Shown here piece after piece: positions 8,611 through 16,223 of a DNA stretch of 55,554 nucleotides; position 1 is the stretch's first letter, and each line of letters begins with the position of its first letter. The notes beneath the pieces are model-generated. The model was not told the DNA's origin. It did no database searches and worked only from the letters and a program-made list of their open reading frames with translations. Made by a program: the position numbers and the translations under genes. This DNA is from a virus, in the IMG/VR virus record IMGVR_UViG_3300045988_021851, positions 1-55,554 of that record, one strand, 5' to 3'.

Positions 8611-8990
8611 TATGCTTCACCTCCTGCTACCATATCTGCAAGATCCTGAATTGCTCCGGCGTTTACTTCATGCCCTGCTTTCAGTTCATCAATTGCTTTT
8701 TCCATCTCAGTCTTAGTCCTCAAGCTGACCGTTACGGTGTACGTACCATCTTCAGCGCCATCCTTGCTCTTATTTGGCATATATGAGAATCCCTCGCACT
8801 TAAGATCATCATACTCGCCGGAGATCTGATCGTTGTGTTTAAATGCGACCTTTGATATATTCTCCGATGAAAAGGCATCTGTGATTGTCTTGATTCCGTC
8901 AAAATCTTTCGACTGAATCTGAATATTGCCGAGACTCGCTCCTTCGGCGATCTCGAACTCTGTTTTGTTTTTCAAAATAATTTTGTCCAT
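8610..8990 (-). CDS. hypothetical tail-module protein (126 aa)
   Basis: ORF track; follows the tail fibre genes; GAAAGGAATAAAAATT before the ATG. Confidence 0.55.
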   Translation of the reverse strand: MDKIILKNKTEFEIAEGASLGNIQIQSKDFDGIKTITDAFSSENISKVAFKHNDQISGEYDDLKCEGFSYMPNKSKDGAEDGTYTVTVSLRTKTEMEKAIDELKAGHEVNAGAIQDLADMVAGGEA

Positions 8991-9035
8991 AATTTTTATT
9001 CCTTTCTATGTGTAAATTTACGAGTTACTAAACTT

Positions 9036-9054
9036 ATTTAAACGGCAGTTTAAA
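9036..9054. repeat. inverted repeat, left copy (ATTTAAACGGCAGTTTAAA): candidate recombination site
   Basis: Exact reverse complement of 9868-9886; internal dyad TTTAAAC-GGCA-GTTTAAA. Confidence 0.9.
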
Positions 9055-9367
9055 AAATGATTTGCTCAAGACAAACCACATAGGCAAAGATGATGTCACC
9101 GCGTTTTCAAATTTTTACATGAATCAAAAAAGTACATTTTTGGTGATAGAAAGTACCGGAAACAATACATTAAATAAGGAAATCTTTGGTTTTGATGACG
9201 ATAATTTCAATAATGGCTTCGGGTGTGTCATTTTGTCCGTGAAAATGTCTGTGTGGAGAGGCTTTGCGATTGCAATACCTATTAGCGGTTGGGGACGTAA
9301 TTGCTATATTGGACAAATAAGTGGAGGCGACGGAGCTTTCTTATGGTCAAAAGTATCATTGACATAA
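9038..9367 (+). other. promoterless, RBS-less alternative tail-fibre C-terminal cassette (silent in this orientation)
   Basis: The + frame reads LNGSL-KNDLLKTNHIGKDD.. from inside the repeat to a TAA at 9365-9367. It has the same LNGSL codons and frame as the repeat copy inside gene 9495..10352. Confidence 0.7.
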
Positions 9368-9494
9368 ATCAATCCACGAATCAAGAACATATCCATTAGT
9401 TGTCTGATGTAATCTGGGTTTACAGGTAGTCTAATATTAGCCACGATCAATTTATTTGCGTTTGAATTTGATATTATCCACCAAAGTTATAATT

Positions 9495-10352
9495 TTAAAG
9501 AAGTTTTAAAGCCCAAATTTCATAAGTAATAGTTATTGTAGCACTTGTATAACATAAAAAATAAAGCTCAATAGGCGCATCAATCGTTGCTACAAAAACA
9601 TTAGTTACAGATCTTGTTACACCTGTTTCACCTGCTGTTATCGTACTAACAGGCATATTGACGTTTTTTTCATAAAAAATAAATGATTGTTCTTTTGTGT
9701 CTATAGAAGTGTCTATATACACATCACTATTACAAACTGCATGAGCTTTAAGCCCTAATATATATTTCCCGGGTTGTAGCGTTATAAAGTTGTCACTTGC
9801 CACCCATTTATTTATAACAGATGGAGTTAAGGTGTGTGGACTAGACCATATTATATCGCGGTTATTATTTAAACTGCCGTTTAAATCACTTATCTGCTTT
9901 GCAAGCGTACCATCCAGATTCGGATTTGCCTGCCGCGCATCAAGTGCAAATCCGTTCTCTGTTGTTACCTGATTGTTTACGATACTTTCCGGTTGCAGTG
10001 CGCTTCCGATTTTATCCTTTAGGGCATCTGCCAACTTTATGACGTTTTTCGCTTCATCTAATGTAATTGTGGTTCCATCCAAGTTAATGCTAAGCGTTCC
10101 ACTCTCATCTACGCTCATGCTTTTTCCGTCCGGCTTTACAACTCCGGCATCCTCTGTTGTTGCAATCGCACTAGCACCGCCCACGATAGACTTAGACCAG
10201 TATTCCGTATTACTCGTTGCCGTTCCTGCCGGCACATCTTTTTTTGCAAAATACAATGTGTTATTATGAGTTACTGCATCCAATCTCTTATATGTAGCAT
10301 CTGCGCTCCAATCGCCCTTTGGCACAATTGCTACTCTTCCTGCTATAGCCAT
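9495..10352 (-). CDS. tail fibre / receptor-binding protein (285 aa) containing the right inverted repeat
   Basis: ORF track; follows other fibre genes; residues 157-161 (LNGSL) are encoded by the repeat at 9868-9886. Confidence 0.65.
   Translation of the reverse strand: MAIAGRVAIVPKGDWSADATYKRLDAVTHNNTLYFAKKDVPAGTATSNTEYWSKSIVGGASAIATTEDAGVVKPDGKSMSVDESGTLSINLDGTTITLDEAKNVIKLADALKDKIGSALQPESIVNNQVTTENGFALDARQANPNLDGTLAKQISDLNGSLNNNRDIIWSSPHTLTPSVINKWVASDNFITLQPGKYILGLKAHAVCNSDVYIDTSIDTKEQSFIFYEKNVNMPVSTITAGETGVTRSVTNVFVATIDAPIELYFLCYTSATITITYEIWALKLL
9868..9886. repeat. inverted repeat, right copy (TTTAAACTGCCGTTTAAAT)
   Basis: Exact reverse complement of 9036-9054, located inside the tail fibre ORF. 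Confidence 0.9.
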
Positions 10353-11084
10353 TTAAGCCACCTCCCAATTCAAATTCCCGTCATTGTCAACGACAAAGTT
10401 ATATGCCGCATTGTCCGTGTAAATCAACTCCCCATCCTCATTCACATCAAATTCTGTCATTGTGAGTTTCTTGTTAATCTCGTCTTCGATTCCCTGCACC
10501 CGGTCTGCGCTGTCCTTGGCATCTATGGCAGATTTTGCCGCCTTGGTTTCGGACGTTCCTGCGCTTTTGGCAGATGCTACCGCCTTGGCAGATTCCACTT
10601 TAATATCTGCAAGATAATCCGGGCGCAGATGCTTTTCTTGGATACTTCCCTCTTTCACGATTGCGGACACCTTACCGTCGCTGCCGATTGCAAATGCGAT
10701 TGTATCAGAATCCAAGAACTCATATTCTGTAATCAATGTGGATAAATCTACATTCTGCGTTGTACCATCATCTAGCGTTATCACAAGTTGCTGTGCCTGC
10801 GGGTTGTACTTGAAGTTGACAGCCAACTTTTCCAATTTGGTATCAATGACCGCCTTGGAACCATTCATTTTAACAACTGTCAGAGTTCCGTTGGATTCAT
10901 CCCACAGAATTTCTTTCACAAGCTCATTTGCCTTTGTCAAATCAACCTTAGACGCATCCATAGCAACCACACGATCATCCAGATTGTCAATTGCCAAGTC
11001 CATCTTGTTAAGATTAGATTCATTTACCGCTGTTTTTTCGCTGGGAAGATTCTCCCAGTTGATACGGTTATATATTTTCTGCAT
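10353..11084 (-). CDS. tail fibre/baseplate upper protein-like structural protein
   Basis: N-terminus YNRINWENLPSEKTAVNESNLNKMDLAIDNLDDR resembles fibre/BppU-type N-termini; its stop abuts the next fibre gene. Confidence 0.55.
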   Translation of the reverse strand: MQKIYNRINWENLPSEKTAVNESNLNKMDLAIDNLDDRVVAMDASKVDLTKANELVKEILWDESNGTLTVVKMNGSKAVIDTKLEKLAVNFKYNPQAQQLVITLDDGTTQNVDLSTLITEYEFLDSDTIAFAIGSDGKVSAIVKEGSIQEKHLRPDYLADIKVESAKAVASAKSAGTSETKAAKSAIDAKDSADRVQGIEDEINKKLTMTEFDVNEDGELIYTDNAAYNFVVDNDGNLNWEVA

Positions 11085-13335
11085 GGCTCACACTCCTTTC
11101 TAACGCTGATAATCTTTGTTCAAAATCACTACATCTGTTCTGCAGTTTCTGTATCATGGCAGTGTTAAGCGCAATAAACTCTTGATAGCACAATGTATAC
11201 ATATCATTTGCTCCACCATTCTGCTTTAAGAAATTTTCCCATTCCTCATTAGATTCAAAATCTTTTTCGGAGAATACCGCATGTTCCAGTCCGTAAAACT
11301 CATTTTCAGATATGTCACAATCCATCATTGCCTGTTCGATATCCTGTGCAACAAATCCTATGTGCATTTTCTCATCATTTTCTATGAGCCGATATTCCAT
11401 CGGTTGCAACAACTCAAAAAATCTTTCAAACCGATCATCCTCTAATAGCTTTCGGAAATCTTTTTTCTTTCTACGGTCAGATGTTGTTTTCCAACCGCCA
11501 GAAGAATATCCTCCAGCAAATGGATTTGGGGTTGTTCCACAGTACACGGAACTAGAACTTGGAATTAGATTTCCGTTGTTGGAAATTTGTACATAATCAC
11601 TTATTCCGACCCCTTTTAAATAATATGCAGTTGATGCCATGATACACTGTCTTGCACTTTCCGCAGTCGTTGCCGAATCTGCAGTCGTTGCATGATCTGC
11701 TGTGCTAGCATGGTCACCTATTGGTGCACCGTCTTGGTCTTTTACGGAGCCTAGGTCGATAACCATGTTTTGAAGCATCGGTCTGCCTTTTCCATCAAGA
11801 CCAATAATTGTAAGGTCATCACCAAACGCCGTAGAAAGAAAGTTCAGAGAATCAATGATTGTTACTTTTCCATTTCCATCAAGCCTGAAATTATTGCTTT
11901 CGATTATGAGTCTGTTTCCACGAAGCATAATCTGGTCTGCGCTGGCATTGATCATAGAAATAACTTGGTCGTTCTCATCTCTTCCAAGTTTCAATTCCAG
12001 TGATGCGTCTAATTGCCCTTCCGCTTTTTGTGCACGATTGACTTCTGCGGCAATGCTATTTGTGGTCTGCTCAAACTTGGTATTTGTCTGTTCCTCTAAA
12101 TCCTCGTATGTGGATTGAAGATGATCTGCGTTCCTCTCTAACTTTCCGGTACGCCTTTCCACACTTTCAATCGTATCTCTGATAGAATTAACCTTTACAG
12201 AGTGTGTCTGCGTGCCCTGTGCCGAGATTGAATCTCTCTTGCTTTGCACTCCGGTTAGGGTGCGTTGCAAAAGATACGTTTCAACGATTTCTCTCGTGGT
12301 GTTGAACCGGATTGGTTCGCCAAGTGTCAGACATGGATTGCCGACACAAGTGCAACTTTTGATCGGTGTGTATGCCGCCTGTTTCATAATCGGCAATAGG
12401 TTATTTGCAATCTGCTCCAGCTCCGCTCCGGTCTTATCTGATACAAGAAAGTTTCCTGTAATCGAATAGTTGTTCCCGGCAGTTCCAACAATAGCACCGG
12501 CATTATCTTCGCTTGTCTTGATTTCTAGCTGCGTGATTGCCTTACTTTGGAAGTCCTCATAATCAAACGTGATATAGTGTCCGGTCATGGACTCCGTGTT
12601 TGCATCAGACGGAAATAAATTGTCTGACGGAAATAAATTGTCTGCCGGATAAAGCGCACTTGTGATTGCTTTAAGAAAGACATACTCAAACTTGCCATTC
12701 CGGTTGATATTGCCAAAGCATCCGTTAATCTCACAGATTGCCGTTACAACGGTTTTTCCACTGATAGAGGACTCTTCTGTGACCGCACTTGAATCGTCCG
12801 TCTGTGTGGCTACAATCGTCTTATTTACCGTCATGGAATCATTGACAAGGCTTGTTTCAACTTGCGCAATTCCAAGATGTGCAAAGAAGCTATCGCGGAA
12901 CTGCTTAAGCGTCATTGGAAAGCTAAGTCCTGCATACCAAGCCTTTACATCCGTATTGATAATGTCGTACATAGCGTCATATGCCGTAATCTGCCGTTTT
13001 GTCCGGTCAGCCGTAGGAACATCGGATGCCACCTTAAAAATTCCGTATGGCATCGGATTTTGGCTATCTCCGTCAATCGTTTCTTCAATAGAGATTGTCT
13101 TTCCGATAATGTTTCCTGCGGTGTTTCTTGCCGTGAATTTTACACAATTCGCTTCGCACGCTCCAAACTTTAATTCAGACTCCGAACAAAGACTTTCTTC
13201 AAGTGCAAACGTACCGATTTCAAGCATCGAATTGTCTATTTTCTGATTCGTTCCAACAACAGATATAACCATCTGCTTGTCTGTCGAGGAATCCCAATAC
13301 TTTTCTTTCAAACTGCTATTTATCATATACACCAC
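11068..13335 (-). CDS. tail-tip/tail-associated protein with C-terminal intramolecular chaperone (peptidase S74-like) domain
   Basis: C-terminal SDRRKKKDF..MEYRLIENDEKMHIGFVAQDIEQAM..CYQEFIALNTAMIQKLQ matches the auto-cleaving chaperone pattern of fibre/spike proteins. Confidence 0.7.
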   Translation of the reverse strand: MVYMINSSLKEKYWDSSTDKQMVISVVGTNQKIDNSMLEIGTFALEESLCSESELKFGACEANCVKFTARNTAGNIIGKTISIEETIDGDSQNPMPYGIFKVASDVPTADRTKRQITAYDAMYDIINTDVKAWYAGLSFPMTLKQFRDSFFAHLGIAQVETSLVNDSMTVNKTIVATQTDDSSAVTEESSISGKTVVTAICEINGCFGNINRNGKFEYVFLKAITSALYPADNLFPSDNLFPSDANTESMTGHYITFDYEDFQSKAITQLEIKTSEDNAGAIVGTAGNNYSITGNFLVSDKTGAELEQIANNLLPIMKQAAYTPIKSCTCVGNPCLTLGEPIRFNTTREIVETYLLQRTLTGVQSKRDSISAQGTQTHSVKVNSIRDTIESVERRTGKLERNADHLQSTYEDLEEQTNTKFEQTTNSIAAEVNRAQKAEGQLDASLELKLGRDENDQVISMINASADQIMLRGNRLIIESNNFRLDGNGKVTIIDSLNFLSTAFGDDLTIIGLDGKGRPMLQNMVIDLGSVKDQDGAPIGDHASTADHATTADSATTAESARQCIMASTAYYLKGVGISDYVQISNNGNLIPSSSSVYCGTTPNPFAGGYSSGGWKTTSDRRKKKDFRKLLEDDRFERFFELLQPMEYRLIENDEKMHIGFVAQDIEQAMMDCDISENEFYGLEHAVFSEKDFESNEEWENFLKQNGGANDMYTLCYQEFIALNTAMIQKLQNRCSDFEQRLSALERSVSHAENI
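12605..12652. repeat. 18-bp tandem repeat (about 2.6 copies) inside the tail protein gene
   Basis: cagacggaaataaattgt / ctgacggaaataaattgt / ctgccggataaag; encodes ADNLFPSDNLFPSDANT. Confidence 0.85.
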
Positions 13336-13732
13336 CTACAAACGAAAATTTTATTGGGTCATACTTAATCTTCCCATTCGCCACAGAATAGAACGTAGGC
13401 TGAATATCAGCGATATATCCGTACTGTGTCACATACCCGCGTTTCTCCGGCACATATGCCGTGATATAACCGCCACGCTCCTTTGCCTTGGTATAGTTCT
13501 TTTCGATGTTTTTCCAAAAATCATCAAACTGCTTTTCGGTCAGCATGGCTTTAGTTTCAAACTCGACCTTTAAGGCTTTCAGTTCCACGGCATCACGATG
13601 CTCATATCCGTTTTCATCCGTCCAAGGGTCTTTGTCCTGCATGTTTACATAGGAACTAAACGTGTCCTGCTTTATTAAACTGTTCGGTATGGTATAATTA
13701 CCAAACTTTACTAAATATCCGCCATATCCCAT
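13316..13732 (-). CDS. putative distal-tail/baseplate component (138 aa; called from position only)
   Basis: ORF track; immediately upstream of and overlapping the tail-tip gene. Confidence 0.35.
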   Translation of the reverse strand: MGYGGYLVKFGNYTIPNSLIKQDTFSSYVNMQDKDPWTDENGYEHRDAVELKALKVEFETKAMLTEKQFDDFWKNIEKNYTKAKERGGYITAYVPEKRGYVTQYGYIADIQPTFYSVANGKIKYDPIKFSFVGGVYDK

Positions 13733-13802
13733 CGTTTACCTCCTAAAATGGGTATAAAAATAGCACCTACCGTTTGGTAGATGCTATCTATTTGATTAAA
13801 TT

Positions 13803-14663
13803 TTAAGCTACTACTGATTCCCATTCAGATTTCAGCTTTTCTACATCGTTTTCAAAAAGTTTGCAAGCGATTTCGTACAACTGCGGAATCATTCCCATTT
13901 CCCTGTCGATATAATCCATCTTGTTTCTTACTTTCGGTTTGAGTGTGCACCCTTCCATCCTTGATTTAAGGTTGCAGTGATATTTCCTTTCAAATTCTCC
14001 ATAAAGCAACGAATAGCGTTCTTGATACTTTCCATCAGCACCAAAACGAACAATCTGCGTTATCCGCTGTCTCTTAGTCGCCAAGTCAATATCATCAACG
14101 AGTCCGATAATAACATCTTCCTTATGGATGATTTCTTTCTTCTGCCTTTTAATGGTTTCGTTCTGCTCTCTAACAGTTTTTAATGTCTGTGAAAATATCA
14201 GCTTAGTGTTTTCATCTGCATATGGCAGGTAAGTGGAAATAAATAATTCATCATTATTGACATATCCACCTGTTTTACGGATTGTAGGGAGAACCTCGGA
14301 TGTTACCCAACGTTTGAACTTATGAAGTTTTTCTTTTCTTTCGTTTATAAGGGCGTCGTTTTGTGACACACCCTTTGCTTTTTGAGGTTGCATCTGAAAA
14401 AGCAAGGAATACAAACCGCTTTCATTAACAATCGTCATTTTTTGTTTTCCACCTGGAGTATCAATTTGTGACACACCCTTATCAGAATCATCAATATTTG
14501 AAAGGCTTCTTCTGTAATTCGTATCTCCGAATACTTCGCATATATCCTTTCCAACAAACCATGGTTCATCATCTACCATTACCATTCTGATCTGTCCGAA
14601 TATTGGATTCTCAAATACCTCAATGCCATTTTGAATCTTAAGCATAAGTTGTGATTTTTTCAT
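13803..14663 (-). CDS. Bro-N domain antirepressor-like protein
   Basis: FENPIFGQIRMVMVDDEPWFVGKDICEVFGDTNYRRSL..ESGLYSLLFQ..RWVTSEVLPTIRKTGGY = BRO-N/ANT-type pattern; GGAGGTA RBS. Confidence 0.7.
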   Translation of the reverse strand: MKKSQLMLKIQNGIEVFENPIFGQIRMVMVDDEPWFVGKDICEVFGDTNYRRSLSNIDDSDKGVSQIDTPGGKQKMTIVNESGLYSLLFQMQPQKAKGVSQNDALINERKEKLHKFKRWVTSEVLPTIRKTGGYVNNDELFISTYLPYADENTKLIFSQTLKTVREQNETIKRQKKEIIHKEDVIIGLVDDIDLATKRQRITQIVRFGADGKYQERYSLLYGEFERKYHCNLKSRMEGCTLKPKVRNKMDYIDREMGMIPQLYEIACKLFENDVEKLKSEWESVVA

Positions 14664-14692
14664 TCGTGTCTACCTCCATACATTTTTATCTG

Positions 14693-14737
14693 AATAAAAA
14701 AGAGGAAACCGCTTGTGAAATCACATTGGTTTCCTCT
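14693..14737 (-). terminator. terminator-like hairpin in the 5' leader of the Bro-type gene
   Basis: - strand AGAGGAAACC / GGTTTCCTCT 10-bp stem followed by TTTTTTATT, ending about 20 nt before the RBS. Confidence 0.6.
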
Positions 14738-14840
14738 TTCGTACAGTATGGCGTTCGAGTAAGTAATCCGCATCTTCACGGATAAGGTTGTTTCCTTAGT
14801 AATAAGGATAGACTATTTTTGATTTTGTGTCAATCCGATT

Positions 14841-14873
14841 TTGGAATTAAAATAAGCCGTGTTTCCACGGCTT
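14841..14873 (-). terminator. rho-independent terminator after gene 14886..16160
   Basis: AAGCCGTG / CACGGCTT 8-bp stem followed by TATTTTAATT on the - strand. Confidence 0.6.
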
Positions 14874-14885
14874 AAATTGTATTGA

Positions 14886-16160
14886 CTAATTCATTTTTTC
14901 GAAAGTTCCATAACTATCATCACCAACTTTAACATATTTCAAATCGTATGAAAACGAATCAATATCTGTTACAACAAATTGTACAGTCCATTTCGTCCTC
15001 ACAGTTGCACCATATCCATTCGTGGCGTCAACATAACTCTGCACGGCAATCAGTTTTCCGTCTTTCTGCATTGCCACATCATCTGAGTTAAATACATATG
15101 ACGGAAATTTTGCTCCCCTAGGATTCAACAATGATTCTTTTACGATTTCCTGAGCCATTATATAATAACTACTTCCCTCGTTTTGATCTATTGTGGTATC
15201 TTCAAGCTTTTTTGCGGTCAATTTAACTTTTCCATCTTCGTAAAATACATAATCAGATTCTGGTATGAAAATACGGTAAACCTTATCACTAGCCGTGATA
15301 GCTACATCATATCCATCGGCATCAATGTAATACATATCTGCACCATTTGCTTTCTTTTCATACGCTATTTTTTTAAAACCTATTTTCTTTTTCAAAATGT
15401 TGTAGGCTTTTACAGCAACTTTCTCGTCAAGACCATCTTTCATCAAGGAAGTGACTGTTTTGTTATGTTTTTTGGGCGATTTCTTTTCTTTTGAATTTTC
15501 AGTTTTTGTCGATTTCTCCGATTTTGCCTTTTCTTTATCCTCAAGTTTTTTGTTGGGCTTTTTCTCCATGCTTTCTACTACCTGCGATGCTTCTGTTTCA
15601 GTTTGAGATTCAATTTGTGTATCCGCGACCGAATCGCTCTCATTACTGCCTATTGTTCCAAAGAAAATAAAAACTATTGTCCATACAATGCATACAAGTA
15701 TGGCGAATATAGACCATTTATGTTGTTTCTCTTTCTTCCCGGAGCACAAATCTACAATCGCAAGAATTAAGCCAACATAGCACATACATCCAAAAATGGA
15801 AAATATAGCCGCAATGATGCTTATGACAGAATTCTTCTTATCCGTGTTCCCAAATTCTTCAAAAACCCTTGTAAAATTATTTCGGAAACCGCCATCTTCA
15901 ATAGGACTTCCGCATTTACAGCAATAATCCGCATCTGCCTTATTTTCTGCACCGCACGATTCACAAATAACCGTGTTTTTGTTATTTTCCATGAAACTTT
16001 CCTTTTGAACAGTTTCAATTTCTTTGTTTTCCGGCTGTAAATAATCAGACCTTTCACCTTTCTCTTTCAAGTAATTTTTGATCGGAAAGCCACAATTTAC
16101 GCACATTTCAGCTTTATCAGAAATTTCTTTTCCACATTCCGGACATTTAATCAATCCCAT
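14886..16160 (-). CDS. zinc-ribbon membrane protein (424 aa), accessory gene inside the tail module
   Basis: Start MGLIKCPECGKEIS with AAGGGGGA RBS; two CxxC..CxxC ribbons; two TM segments; K/E-rich linker; C-terminal globular domain. Confidence 0.65.
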   Translation of the reverse strand: MGLIKCPECGKEISDKAEMCVNCGFPIKNYLKEKGERSDYLQPENKEIETVQKESFMENNKNTVICESCGAENKADADYCCKCGSPIEDGGFRNNFTRVFEEFGNTDKKNSVISIIAAIFSIFGCMCYVGLILAIVDLCSGKKEKQHKWSIFAILVCIVWTIVFIFFGTIGSNESDSVADTQIESQTETEASQVVESMEKKPNKKLEDKEKAKSEKSTKTENSKEKKSPKKHNKTVTSLMKDGLDEKVAVKAYNILKKKIGFKKIAYEKKANGADMYYIDADGYDVAITASDKVYRIFIPESDYVFYEDGKVKLTAKKLEDTTIDQNEGSSYYIMAQEIVKESLLNPRGAKFPSYVFNSDDVAMQKDGKLIAVQSYVDATNGYGATVRTKWTVQFVVTDIDSFSYDLKYVKVGDDSYGTFEKMN

Positions 16161-16223
16161 AACATTTCCCCCTTTGCCTGTAATACATATCAATATATCA
16201 CAAAACAAAAGGGGTGTCTATGT

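Noticed and set aside
9036-13335. Diversity-generating retroelement as the source of tail-fibre variability
   Set aside because: No reverse transcriptase ORF was found, and no template/variable repeat pair with adenine-specific differences. The variability mechanism visible here is inversion between exact inverted repeats.
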